A stretch of DNA of 17,683 bases. It comes from an uncultured Deferribacteres bacterium (GTDB taxonomy: Bacteria; Zhuqueibacterota; Zhuqueibacteria; Zhuqueibacterales; Geothermadaptataceae). A program made the translations under genes and the position numbers. Each line of letters starts with the position of its first letter. Within the stretch, counting starts at the first letter, position 1. The stretch lies in NCBI GenBank assembly GCA_964014485.1, contig CAXHAT010000163.1:1-17683 (forward strand). Reading direction: 5' to 3'. Below are positions 1 through 9,280 of this stretch, piece by piece. The notes beneath the pieces are model-generated. The model ran no database searches, had not been told where the DNA came from, and was given only the letters and a program-made list of their open reading frames with translations.

Positions 1-69
1 CCCAAAATAATCAAGTACAACAAAATCAAAAGCTTAACTGAACATAAGGTCTAATTCTTGTGTGCGGAA

Positions 70-197
70 TGTCGGGTTTATATACGAAGCTTCTTGTTTG
101 ATTAAAAAATCAAAACTTTCAATTCATCACTGTAGTCGATATATTTCGTGAAAGCCATCTTTCTTTTTAAAACTCCACTCAAAAAATAGACCCGACA
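70..197. mobile_element. Putative 128-bp MITE-like element upstream of metH
   Basis: TGTCGGGTTTAT (70-81) and ATAGACCCGACA (186-197) form an 11/12 inverted repeat with TG...CA ends. Both sides are flanked by GAA (67-69, 198-200). Single copy in the window. Confidence 0.3.
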
Positions 198-230
198 GAA
201 TCATCGAACGCTTTTAAAGGACAACGACGC

Positions 231-3200
231 ATGACAAAGGCAGGCCAAAGACTTCAACAAGAATTGCAAAAACGTATCCTCGTATTCGACGGTGCAATGG
301 GGACGATGATTCAACGTTACAATCTTGGAGAAAACGATTTTCGCGGCGAACGTTTTAGGGATTTCCCGCATGATTTAAAAGGCGCGAATGACCTGCTTTC
401 CATCACACAACCCAAAGTTATCGAAGAAATCCACCGCGATTTTTTACAAGCGGGCGCGGATATTGTCGAAACAAACACTTTTAACGCGACTTCGATTGCG
501 CTGGCGGATTACCGTCTCGAGAAACATGTTTATGAAATCAACGTTGCGGCCGCTCGAGTAGCGCGCAATGCAGCAAAGGCTGTTAGTTCAGAAACGCCAG
601 ACAAACCGCGCTTTGTTGCAGGTTCCATTGGACCTCTCAATCGCTCGCTTTCGATTTCGCCGGACGTGAATGATCCCGGCTTTCGCGCCGTCACCTTCGA
701 TGAAGTGAAAAACGCCTACGCCGAACAGGTCGCCGGGCTGATCGACGGCGGCGTGGATATTTTATTGGTCGAAACGATTTTTGATACGCTCAACAGCAAG
801 GCGGCGCTGTTTGCGATTCAGGAATACTTTGAAAAGCACAAAACCGCATTGCCGATCATGGTCTCAGGCACGGTCGTTGATCTTAGCGGACGGACGCTCT
901 CCGGCCAAACGCCGCACGCCTTTTGGCTTTCTACCAAACACGTTAAAAACCTTTTTAGCATTGGTTTGAATTGCGCCCTGGGTTCGGCGCAAATGCGTCC
1001 GTTCATTGAAGAAATCGCGCGCGTAGCTGAAGTGCCGGTGAGTTTGTATCCAAACGCCGGGCTCCCGAATGAATTCGGCGGCTATGATGAAACGCCGGAA
1101 TTCATGGCCGCGCAAATGGAAGATTATTGCCAGAGCGGATTTCTCAATATGCTCGGCGGCTGCTGCGGTACAACGCCGGAGCACATCGCCGCCTTTGCCG
1201 AAATCGCCGCCAAGTATCCGCCGCGACAATTGCCGGAGAAAAAGCCTTTTCTGATGTTGAGCGGTCTGGAGCCGGTCGTGATTACGCCAGAAACCAATTT
1301 CGTCAACATCGGCGAGCGCACAAATGTGGCGGGGTCGCGTAAATTCGCCCGTCTGATTCTCAACGGCGAGTACGAAGAAGCGCTTTCCATAGCTGCGCAA
1401 CAGGTTGAAAACGGCGCCCAGATCATTGATGTCAACATGGACGAAGGCATGCTCGATTCCGAAGCCGCCATGGTGAAATTTCTCAATCTCATCGGCGCAG
1501 AGCCGGACATCGCGCGCGTGCCGATTATGCTCGATTCGTCGAAATGGTCGGTGCTCGAAGCGGGACTCAAGTGCATTCAGGGCAAAGGCGTCGTCAATTC
1601 GATCAGCCTGAAAGACGGCGAACAAGCATTTGTCGAGCGTGCGAAAACGATTCTCAGATACGGGGCCGCCGTCATCGTGATGGCATTCGACGAGAGAGGG
1701 CAGGCGGACACGTACGAACGCCGCATTGAAATCTGCGAACGCGCCTATCAAATCCTGACTCAGCAAGTCGGTTTTCCGCCGCAAGACATTATTTTTGATC
1801 CGAATATTTTGACTGTTGCAACGGGCATTGAAGAGCACAATAATTACGCCGTTGATTTTATCGAAACGACGTGCTGGATCAAGGAAAACCTGCCGTTGGC
1901 GAGCGTGAGCGGCGGCGTCAGCAACATTTCGTTTTCATTTCGCGGCAATAACAAAGTGCGCGAGGCGATGCACTCGGCGTTTCTCTATCACGCGATCAAG
2001 GCCGGGCTGGATATGGGGATTGTCAACGCCGGGCAGCTTGAAGTTTATGCGGAAATTCCGGAAGATTTGCTGGAGCGCGTCGAAGACGTTTTACTCAATC
2101 GTCGAGAGGACGCCACGGAACGCTTGGTAGATTTTGCCGAGCAGGTCAAAAATGATGGCGGGCGATCTCAAAAGGTGCAAAACGAGTGGCGCAATACTTC
2201 GGTCGAAGAGCGTTTAAAGCACGCTTTGGTGAAAGGCATTGTTGAATTTATTGACGAAGACACTGAAGAAGCACGACAAAAATATGACCGCCCGATTTCC
2301 GTGATCGAGGGGCCGCTGATGGACGGTATGAACGTGGTCGGCGACCTCTTTGGCTCCGGTAAAATGTTCCTGCCGCAGGTCGTGAAAAGCGCACGGGTGA
2401 TGAAAAAATCCGTCGCTTATCTCACGCCATTTATTGAAGCGGAAAAAGCCAATTCACCGCAAAAAGGCGCTCGCGCCAAAATACTCATGGCGACGGTCAA
2501 AGGCGACGTTCACGATATTGGCAAAAACATCGTCGGCGTGGTGTTGGCATGCAATAATTATGAAGTGATTGATCTTGGCGTGATGGTTCCGGCGAACAAA
2601 ATTATGCAAGCGGCGCGCGACCACAACGTCGACGTCATCGGATTGAGCGGTTTAATTACGCCCTCGCTCGATGAAATGGTGCATGTCGCGAAAGAGTTAC
2701 AGCACGACGGTTTCAATCTGCCGCTGCTCATCGGCGGCGCAACGACGTCGCGCATCCACACCGCCGTCAAAATCGCACCCAATTATGCTCAACCGACGGT
2801 TCACGTTCTGGACGCTTCGCGCAGTGTGACGGTGGTGAATCGCTTGATTACGCCGGAGCAAAAAGACGCGTTTGTGGAAGAAGTGCGGCAGGAATACGCT
2901 GACTTGCGCGACGGGCACGCGCGGAAACAACAGAAAAAAGTTTACCTGTCCATTTCTGAAGCGCGCAAAAATCGCATGCAAATTGATTGGAAAAACACGC
3001 CGATCAGCAAGCCGAAAAAGCTCGGCTTAACCGAATTCAAAAACTTCCCGCTCGCCGAAATTCGCGAATATATTGACTGGACGCCGTTTTTTATCACTTG
3101 GGAAATGAAGGGCAAATTCCCGGAAATTCTCGAATCGCCGGAAGCGGGCGAAGAAGCGCGGAAACTTTACGACGACGCAAACGCGCTGCTTGATCAAATC

Positions 3201-3980
3201 ATTGCTGAAAATTGGCTGACCGCCAATGGCGTCGCCGGTTTGTTTCCGGCAAATGCTGTCGGCGATGACATTGAAATTTACACGGACGACTCACGACAGG
3301 AAGTTTTGACCGTTTTGCATACGCTGCGCCAGCAGGCAGAGAAGCGCAAGGGCGAACCTAATCGCGCGCTGGCGGATTTTGTCGCACCTAAAGAATCAGG
3401 GTTTGCGGATTACATTGGCGGCTTTGCCGTCACCGCCGGGTTGAACATTGAAGAGCACGTCAAACACTTTGAAGCGGCGCACGACGATTACAACAGCATC
3501 ATACTGAAAGCGCTGGCGGATCGTCTTGCCGAAGCTTTCGCCGAATTGCTGCACGAAAAAGTGCGCAAGGAACTTTGGGGCTACGCCGCGGACGAAAATC
3601 TTTCCAATGAAGCGCTCGTTCGTGAAAAATATCGCGGCATACGCCCGGCGCCGGGGTATCCTGCGCAACCCGATCATACCGAAAAACCGATTTTGTTCGA
3701 ACTGCTCGGCGCAAAATCTGTGACCGGCATTCAATTAACCCAAAACCTCGCCATGTGGCCAGCCGCTTCCGTCTGTGGAATCTATTTCGCGCATCCGGAA
3801 GCAAAATATTTTGGCTTAGGAAAAATAGAGCGTGATCAGTTGCAGGATTATGCAGCGCGCAAAAATGTTTCTGTAGAAGAAATGGCAAAATGGTTGTCTT
3901 CGAATTTGATTGAAACTAACCTAAATTCGAAGACGGGGCCTGCAGGCAACAGAAAGCAAAAAGAACTTGAAGCTATATGA
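231..3980 (+). CDS. metH: Cobalamin-dependent methionine synthase
   Basis: 1249 aa. DGAMGTMIQ start, Zn ligands NCALG and GGCCGT, pterin domain [14 protein letters not shown]12 motif [18 protein letters not shown], activation domain [16 protein letters not shown] upstream. Confidence 0.99.
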   Translation: MTKAGQRLQQELQKRILVFDGAMGTMIQRYNLGENDFRGERFRDFPHDLKGANDLLSITQPKVIEEIHRDFLQAGADIVETNTFNATSIALADYRLEKHVYEINVAAARVARNAAKAVSSETPDKPRFVAGSIGPLNRSLSISPDVNDPGFRAVTFDEVKNAYAEQVAGLIDGGVDILLVETIFDTLNSKAALFAIQEYFEKHKTALPIMVSGTVVDLSGRTLSGQTPHAFWLSTKHVKNLFSIGLNCALGSAQMRPFIEEIARVAEVPVSLYPNAGLPNEFGGYDETPEFMAAQMEDYCQSGFLNMLGGCCGTTPEHIAAFAEIAAKYPPRQLPEKKPFLMLSGLEPVVITPETNFVNIGERTNVAGSRKFARLILNGEYEEALSIAAQQVENGAQIIDVNMDEGMLDSEAAMVKFLNLIGAEPDIARVPIMLDSSKWSVLEAGLKCIQGKGVVNSISLKDGEQAFVERAKTILRYGAAVIVMAFDERGQADTYERRIEICERAYQILTQQVGFPPQDIIFDPNILTVATGIEEHNNYAVDFIETTCWIKENLPLASVSGGVSNISFSFRGNNKVREAMHSAFLYHAIKAGLDMGIVNAGQLEVYAEIPEDLLERVEDVLLNRREDATERLVDFAEQVKNDGGRSQKVQNEWRNTSVEERLKHALVKGIVEFIDEDTEEARQKYDRPISVIEGPLMDGMNVVGDLFGSGKMFLPQVVKSARVMKKSVAYLTPFIEAEKANSPQKGARAKILMATVKGDVHDIGKNIVGVVLACNNYEVIDLGVMVPANKIMQAARDHNVDVIGLSGLITPSLDEMVHVAKELQHDGFNLPLLIGGATTSRIHTAVKIAPNYAQPTVHVLDASRSVTVVNRLITPEQKDAFVEEVRQEYADLRDGHARKQQKKVYLSISEARKNRMQIDWKNTPISKPKKLGLTEFKNFPLAEIREYIDWTPFFITWEMKGKFPEILESPEAGEEARKLYDDANALLDQIIAENWLTANGVAGLFPANAVGDDIEIYTDDSRQEVLTVLHTLRQQAEKRKGEPNRALADFVAPKESGFADYIGGFAVTAGLNIEEHVKHFEAAHDDYNSIILKALADRLAEAFAELLHEKVRKELWGYAADENLSNEALVREKYRGIRPAPGYPAQPDHTEKPILFELLGAKSVTGIQLTQNLAMWPAASVCGIYFAHPEAKYFGLGKIERDQLQDYAARKNVSVEEMAKWLSSNLIETNLNSKTGPAGNRKQKELEAI

Positions 3981-4030
3981 AAAACGGGGATTTAGGACTT
4001 TTGATTTTAAGTTGATCTTGTAGCTTTATC

Positions 4031-4065
4031 TTGACATTTTGAGAATATGCAAGGAAAAATTCTCA
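4031..4065 (+). promoter_or_regulatory. Putative TA promoter with operator-like inverted repeat
   Basis: Perfect TTGACA at 4031-4036 (the -10 match is weak). TGAGAAT (4040-4046)-N12-ATTCTCA (4059-4065) inverted repeat lies over the promoter and start region. Confidence 0.4.
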
Positions 4066-4334
4066 TGAAAACATTAAAGCTTCAACAGACCGTGAAAAAA
4101 GACGGTGAAGTTGAGGTCTCAGGCTTGCCATATAAAAAGGGACAGCTTCTAGAAATCATTTTATCACCCCACGCAGCACAAGAGAAGCGTTCAGTACTTA
4201 CGGTAGGACAGTTTCGAAAATCAGGGTTGATCGGTGCGTGGAAGGATCGCACGGATATTCCAGACAGTTCAGCCTATTCCCGGGAGCTGAGAGAAACGGT
4301 GCAGCGCCGGAGGCGGCATGATTTTTCTGGATAG
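4065..4334 (+). CDS. Putative antitoxin of a VapBC-type module
   Basis: Small ORF overlapping a PIN gene by 17 nt. Beta-rich N-terminus (TVKKDGEVEVSGLPYKKGQLLEIIL) and C-terminal 'LIGAWKDRTDI.DS..Y.RELR' typical of PIN-associated antitoxins. ATG 4065 follows AAGGA; 4047 is an alternative start. Confidence 0.75.
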   Translation: MKTLKLQQTVKKDGEVEVSGLPYKKGQLLEIILSPHAAQEKRSVLTVGQFRKSGLIGAWKDRTDIPDSSAYSRELRETVQRRRRHDFSG

Positions 4335-4704
4335 TGACGTCATGATAGACCTTTTTCGTGAATATCCGACAGCCATGGAGTGGTTTGATACAATTGAAGC
4401 TGAAGAAACCATGGCCCTGTCGGGATTTGTCGTCATGGAATTAATTCAGGGGTGTAAAAACAAAACTCAACTTCAGAAATTACAGCGCAATCTGGCTGTC
4501 TTCGAAACTGTCTGGCTGGAATCAGGTGATAGTGAACGAGCATTGGAATTATTTGCCCGGCACTATCTCAGTCATAACGCCGGTTTGATTGACGTCCTGA
4601 TAGGAATGACGGCGGTATCACTTGGAGTCCCGCTTTACACCTTCAATGAAAAACACTATCAATTTATCCCAGGTCTGAAAACTATCCAGCCGTATGAGCG
4701 GTAG
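4318..4704 (+). CDS. vapC: PIN-domain ribonuclease toxin (VapC family)
   Basis: 128 aa with PIN signature residues: IFLDSDVMID, VVMELIQG, IDVLIGMTA, LYTFNEKHY. Confidence 0.92.
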   Translation: MIFLDSDVMIDLFREYPTAMEWFDTIEAEETMALSGFVVMELIQGCKNKTQLQKLQRNLAVFETVWLESGDSERALELFARHYLSHNAGLIDVLIGMTAVSLGVPLYTFNEKHYQFIPGLKTIQPYER

Positions 4705-4727
4705 ACTGTTTTACCTTCTGGCTTGGG

Positions 4728-5234
4728 TTAAACGTCATCCAACACAAGCTGCATGAGGACAATATCCTGCCACTTGCCGTTTTTGAAGCCAATCTCCTTT
4801 TGCCTGCCGACGATCTCATAACCAAATTTTTTATTGTATTGAATGCTGATTTCGTTGTCCGCGAAGATTTTGGCGTTGAGATGATGGTAGCCAAACTTCT
4901 TGCAACGCTCAATGAGTGCGGTTTTAATTTGCGTGCCCAGTCCCCGCGTCACCAGGTTGCGGCGCAGATAAACTGACGTTTCACAAGCGAAACGATAACC
5001 CAAGCGGTCGCTGTATTTTTTGATAATCCCCCATCCCAAAACCTGCTCGTCGTCTTCCAGAATCAGAATTGTTTCCCGATCTGAAAAATTTCCGACTTGG
5101 CGACGTACGTCTTCTTCTGTTTTCAATTCGTCGTCCATCGTGCAATCGCCAATGGCGATGGACTCGTTATAAATTTCGGCGATGACGGCGGCGTCATCTA
5201 ACGTGCAATCGCGAATTTGGGGCTGTGATTTCAT
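4728..5234 (-). CDS. GNAT N-acyltransferase, phosphinothricin/methionine-sulfoximine acetyltransferase (Pat/MnaT/YncA)-like
   Basis: IAEIYNESI, YRFACETSVYL, acyl-CoA loop TRGLGT, N..SI..KKFGY..VG...EIGFKNGKWQD..LMQL. AAGGAG RBS. Confidence 0.88.
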   Translation of the reverse strand: MKSQPQIRDCTLDDAAVIAEIYNESIAIGDCTMDDELKTEEDVRRQVGNFSDRETILILEDDEQVLGWGIIKKYSDRLGYRFACETSVYLRRNLVTRGLGTQIKTALIERCKKFGYHHLNAKIFADNEISIQYNKKFGYEIVGRQKEIGFKNGKWQDIVLMQLVLDDV

Positions 5235-5263
5235 TTTATTGCTCCTTTAAATTCAAAAAATCG

Positions 5264-5330
5264 GTTCAGAATAGACTCGTCTGAATTTGGACAGAAAAGA
5301 GCTTGACTGCCTTGTGTTCAAAATAGACTC
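5264..5330. repeat. Two 15-bp direct repeats, GTTCA(G/A)AATAGACTC, 52 bp apart
   Basis: 5264-5278 and 5316-5330, 14/15 identical. Confidence 0.6.
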
Positions 5331-5367
5331 CCCCAGAATGACATGCTGGCGGTTTTGTTTCAGAGGT

Positions 5368-6924
5368 TTACTTTCTTCTTAACAAATGTCCCGGTTTATG
5401 AGTATACAAATCGCCCTTTTCCAGCATTAGCGTTCCGTTGACCCAAACGTACTCCGTACCTTCGCTAAATTGTCGCGGGTTGGCGATGGTCGCTTTTTCT
5501 TGTACGTTTTCAGGATCGAGCAAGACAAGATCGGCGTAATGGCCTTCCTGAATTTTTCCGCGCCCGGTCAGGCGCAAAAAGTTGGCGGGGATTGAAGTGA
5601 TTTTGCGAACGGCGTGACCGAACGGAATCTTTTCTTCACGCAAAGCCCAACGTTCCAGAAATCGACTGAACGCGCCAAACGTGCGCGGGTGCGGATGCCC
5701 GATCGTGGTCTCGGCGTTGACCGGGTAGCTCCAGGAGTCGCTGCAAATATTCGAATTTTCCCACATCACCGCCGCGTCGACGTCGTCGTCGGACATGCAT
5801 TTGTAGACAATCCACGCCATCGGGTCGGCGATGAGAATATCGACTGCCAAGTCCGCCGGTTCGCGGTTTTGTTCTCGCGCAAGTTCAAGAATCGTCTTTC
5901 CCTGCGCGCCCGGAATACTGTCCGTCACCATCCACATTGTCTCAAAGCCCGTCTGTCGATTTAAAAACCAGTCGACGCACTTTTTTCGCCATTCGTCCTG
6001 GCGCAACAAATCCGGCAGAGCGTCAAAGCCGTGCTGAATCGCGTCTTTGGGCACAAACGTGCTCAATTTTGTCGAAGCGGCGGCGTAGGGATAAACTTCA
6101 AACGTCACTTGTTGTCCGCGCTCTCGCGCTTCTTCAATCAAACGAATCGCTTTTGGCACATCGCCCCAGTACGGTTTTTCCCCGGCTTTTAGATGACTCA
6201 CCAGAACCGGCAAGTTCGCCGCCCGGCCAATTTCAATCGCTTCCGCGACGGCTTCCAAAAGCGCCTCGCGTTCGTTGCGAATATGGCTGGCGTACATCCC
6301 GCCGTGTTTGGCAACAATTTTCGCCAGACGAATCACCTCCGCCGTATCGGCAAAGCTGCCTGGCGCGTAGACAAGCCCGGTGGTCATGCCGAGCACGCCG
6401 TCGCGCATCGCGGTTTCCACCATCGCGCCGAGCTGATCCAATTCTTCCGGTTGAATGTCGCTGTAATTTTTGCAGGCCCCGGCGCGCATCGTATTATGCC
6501 CGGCGTAAGTACCAAAATTAAACGGCAGACCATAAGCTTCAACTTGCGCGAACCATTCGCCCATCGTACGCCATGAAAAATCGAAACCAATCTGCTCGCC
6601 AAGCTTCTCCATTTCCGAAACAAACAAATCGCCGATTGGGGCCGATGAAACGCCGCAATTGCCGATGATTTCCGTAGTCACGCCCTGGAAAAGCTTATGA
6701 TCGGCGGCGTGCGGTCGCATGTAGCCAAAGCCGGTGGAAGCGTGCGTATCGATAAACCCCGGACAAAGAAAAAGCCCCGTCCCGTCAATGACGCGCTTTG
6801 CTGCTGAGTTGGTTAATTCGTCGCCGACATGCACGATGCGCTCGCCTTCAACACCGACGGTCAAGCGCTGCGGTTCAATGGAAACGCCGTCAAAGACGGT
6901 CGCATTTTTTATGATAAAATCCAC
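5368..6924 (-). CDS. N-acyl-D-amino-acid deacylase (D-aminoacylase), amidohydrolase superfamily
   Basis: CPGFIDTH, QGVTTEIIGNCG, GLVYAPG, YASHIRNE, VSHLK, YPYAAAST, CSDS, HPHPRTFGAF, GRGKIQEGHYADLV, YVWVNG. GTG at 6924 has an AGGA RBS; the ORF can extend to ATG 6966. Confidence 0.92.
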   Translation of the reverse strand: MDFIIKNATVFDGVSIEPQRLTVGVEGERIVHVGDELTNSAAKRVIDGTGLFLCPGFIDTHASTGFGYMRPHAADHKLFQGVTTEIIGNCGVSSAPIGDLFVSEMEKLGEQIGFDFSWRTMGEWFAQVEAYGLPFNFGTYAGHNTMRAGACKNYSDIQPEELDQLGAMVETAMRDGVLGMTTGLVYAPGSFADTAEVIRLAKIVAKHGGMYASHIRNEREALLEAVAEAIEIGRAANLPVLVSHLKAGEKPYWGDVPKAIRLIEEARERGQQVTFEVYPYAAASTKLSTFVPKDAIQHGFDALPDLLRQDEWRKKCVDWFLNRQTGFETMWMVTDSIPGAQGKTILELAREQNREPADLAVDILIADPMAWIVYKCMSDDDVDAAVMWENSNICSDSWSYPVNAETTIGHPHPRTFGAFSRFLERWALREEKIPFGHAVRKITSIPANFLRLTGRGKIQEGHYADLVLLDPENVQEKATIANPRQFSEGTEYVWVNGTLMLEKGDLYTHKPGHLLRRK

Positions 6925-7035
6925 TTGAATCCTATTCTTTAAAATTGCAGTGTCCTCAAATGTCATTCAGGAGGAATCTATTTTCCGGACCCTTGAAGCA
7001 GGCTCATAACTCTCACTGAGCGACACACCCGAGGC

Positions 7036-8178
7036 TTATTTTTTCATCATTTCTATTTTGTTCTCGGCAAAATCTCTAAGCGCTTCTTCGTCAATTTCCA
7101 CAGGTTTGGAATCGTCAAGACGGACAAAACCATCCGAATCCATTCTAATAGGTTCAGCGATGACGTCTCTGGCAAAATAGCGGCTGGAAGGGCTTAGATC
7201 ATGCGCTTGAGCATTCGGCAAGCACGAAGCGACGCGCAAATTTGCGGTGCGTCCAATCCCGGTTTCAAACATGCCGCCCACCCAGGCGGGAATCTTGTGT
7301 TCCCGGCAATAATCCAGGATTTTTAAAGTTTCCAACTGCCCGCCGACGCGTCCCGGTTTAATGTTCACCTCATCCAATGCATCGAGACGGTGCGCGACAA
7401 TGAGGTCGCCGAAGGAAGCGACGCTTTCATCCAGGCAGATTGTTAGATTCCGCGCTTGTGATTTCAGCAGATTGTTCAAGTGAAAATCTCGCGGCGCAAA
7501 AGGCTGCTCCAGCATGACGGGCGCAAGCTCGGCCAGTTTTGCAAAGAAAGCGACGTCGTTTTCGACGCCGGAACCGTTTGCGTCAAAGCCAAGCGCGATT
7601 TGGGGGAATTCATGGCGTACGGCGATGAGCGTTTCGACGTTCATCTTTGGAAAAACTTTGAATTTGAATCGCCGATAACCGTCGCGCACCGCATTTTCTA
7701 CACGCTTGACGGCCTCGGCGGGCGTTTCAAACAAACCCAGAGAAATCCCGACGGGGATCTTTTTTATTCGCTTGCCTTGCCACAATTCAAGCGCGTCGGG
7801 TTCCGACTTTCTTCGCAAAAGATCGAAAGCCGCGTCCAAAAGTGCGGCGGTCGTGAACGGCCAGTTGCGAGTTTTTTGGATTGCTTTTTCGAACTCCTGA
7901 ATCGTTCCTTCTACAGGCAGAAGCGGAAAGACGTGATTTTTTAGAACTTCGACGGCTCCGGCAAGAAATTCGCCGTTGAAGTAAGGATCGGGGCGGCAGG
8001 AACATTCGCCGATCCCCCAATTTCCTTCATCATCGACCCAGCGAATATACAGCGCGCGGCGTTCGTTGCGCACGCCGATGGCGGACTTGAAAGCCTCAAC
8101 TTGCGGGATCGCCGCTTCGATGAGTTCGATTTTTTTTACCGAAACGCGTTTAGTTAAAATCGTTTCAAGGGTCTTCAT
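7036..8178 (-). CDS. Enolase-superfamily N-succinyl/N-acylamino acid racemase / o-succinylbenzoate synthase (NSAR/OSBS, MenC-like)
   Basis: Catalytic KxK (FKFKV), metal ligands DAN, EQP and LDES, second Lys in NIKPGRVGG, WVGGMFETGIGR, DLSPSSRY. Start set at ATG 8178, which overlaps the upstream stop (ATGA). Confidence 0.88.
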   Translation of the reverse strand: MKTLETILTKRVSVKKIELIEAAIPQVEAFKSAIGVRNERRALYIRWVDDEGNWGIGECSCRPDPYFNGEFLAGAVEVLKNHVFPLLPVEGTIQEFEKAIQKTRNWPFTTAALLDAAFDLLRRKSEPDALELWQGKRIKKIPVGISLGLFETPAEAVKRVENAVRDGYRRFKFKVFPKMNVETLIAVRHEFPQIALGFDANGSGVENDVAFFAKLAELAPVMLEQPFAPRDFHLNNLLKSQARNLTICLDESVASFGDLIVAHRLDALDEVNIKPGRVGGQLETLKILDYCREHKIPAWVGGMFETGIGRTANLRVASCLPNAQAHDLSPSSRYFARDVIAEPIRMDSDGFVRLDDSKPVEIDEEALRDFAENKIEMMKK

Positions 8179-9215
8179 CGCAGAATAAATCCATTTTTCA
8201 ACGGATCGTCGGGATCGATCCAAAACTCACATTTTCCCGTAATAAACGCACGGCCTTCAACTTCGGGAACGACGGCTTTGTGCGGGCCAAACTCGATTTC
8301 TTTCATGACTTTGCCGGTAAAACTGCTGCCGATGATGCTCTCAATTTCGATTTTTTCGTTGAGGCCGATTTCGCCGCGAGCATGGTGAATCGCCGTGCGT
8401 GCACTCACGCCAGTACCGGTCGGACTGCGGTCAACTTCTCCCTCGGCAAAAATGCAAACATTGCGGCTGTGCGCTTGCGGCGATTCCGCCGGGCCGATGA
8501 AAATTGTGCCGTAGAGAAAGCCCAGGTCTGCTTCAAAAGGGTGCTCGATTTTTCGCGTCGCCATAATCGCGCGCTTTATTTTCATACCTCGCTCGATCAA
8601 CCGCTGGAAACCTTCCGGCGCGCACTTCACGTCCGCATCTTCAGCTCTTACAAATGCATAGAAGGCGCCGCCGTACGCTAAATCATAGCGCACATTTCCC
8701 AAACCAGGAACTTCGACAACTTCGTCTAAAGCATCGACATAGGACGGGACATTTTGAAAAGCCACGCTTGCAACACGACCGTTCTTGATCTTCGCAAACG
8801 CCGTGACGAGACCCGCGGGGCTGTCAATCCGCACTTTAACGACAGGGGCGTCGGTCTGGATTATGCCAGTTTCGAGCACGACGGTCGTCACGGCGATAAT
8901 GCCGTGCCCGCACATCGAGCTGTAGCCTTCGTTGTGGGTAAAAAGTACGCCGAAATGCGCATTTTTCGAAACAGGCGGCGTGACGATGCAGCCGTACATG
9001 TCGGCGTGACCGCGCGGCTCCCACATGAGCGCGGTTCGCAAGTGATCGTAATGGGTAATGGCCTCGCGTCGCTTCTCCAGAATGGTTTTACCGTTGAACT
9101 TCGGGTAACCGCCGAGAATAACGCGCAAAGGTTCGCCGCCAGTGTGCGCGTCGATCACAGTAATTTTATCCCAGTTTTCCGGAGGTCGCCAGTTCAGACC
9201 GGTTTGAATGTTCAT
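8175..9215 (-). CDS. Proline racemase family protein with Cys/Thr catalytic pair, probable trans-3-hydroxy-L-proline dehydratase
   Basis: DAHTGGEPLR, EPRGHADMYG, HNEGYSSMCGH, GGAFYA, and DRSPTGTG (Thr instead of the Cys in DRSPCGTG). ATG 9215 preferred over TTG 9248. Confidence 0.85.
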   Translation of the reverse strand: MNIQTGLNWRPPENWDKITVIDAHTGGEPLRVILGGYPKFNGKTILEKRREAITHYDHLRTALMWEPRGHADMYGCIVTPPVSKNAHFGVLFTHNEGYSSMCGHGIIAVTTVVLETGIIQTDAPVVKVRIDSPAGLVTAFAKIKNGRVASVAFQNVPSYVDALDEVVEVPGLGNVRYDLAYGGAFYAFVRAEDADVKCAPEGFQRLIERGMKIKRAIMATRKIEHPFEADLGFLYGTIFIGPAESPQAHSRNVCIFAEGEVDRSPTGTGVSARTAIHHARGEIGLNEKIEIESIIGSSFTGKVMKEIEFGPHKAVVPEVEGRAFITGKCEFWIDPDDPLKNGFILR

Positions 9216-9280
9216 TTTTTTAGCTGATTTGTACAGGGCATGTTCCAAAACATGGGATCTGAATGACAGGCATACCGCAT

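Noticed and set aside
97..114. FNR box (TTGAT...ATCAA)
   Set aside because: The spacer is 6 nt rather than the required 4.
1..230. Cobalamin or SAM riboswitch before metH
   Set aside because: No B12-box or SAM-I core motifs are recognisable.
781..3888. Alternative-frame and antisense ORFs inside metH (e.g. 864-1838) and similar ones inside other genes
   Set aside because: Shadow ORFs of well-supported genes, with no recognisable motifs.
5264..5330. Mini CRISPR array
   Set aside because: Only two 15-bp repeats, too short, and no cas genes.
7036..8178. Assigning the symbol menC
   Set aside because: No menaquinone genes are nearby and the context favours racemase function; the subfamily is promiscuous, so no symbol was given.
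8175..9215. True proline racemase or 4-hydroxyproline epimerase
   Set aside because: The second catalytic Cys is replaced by Thr (DRSPTG).
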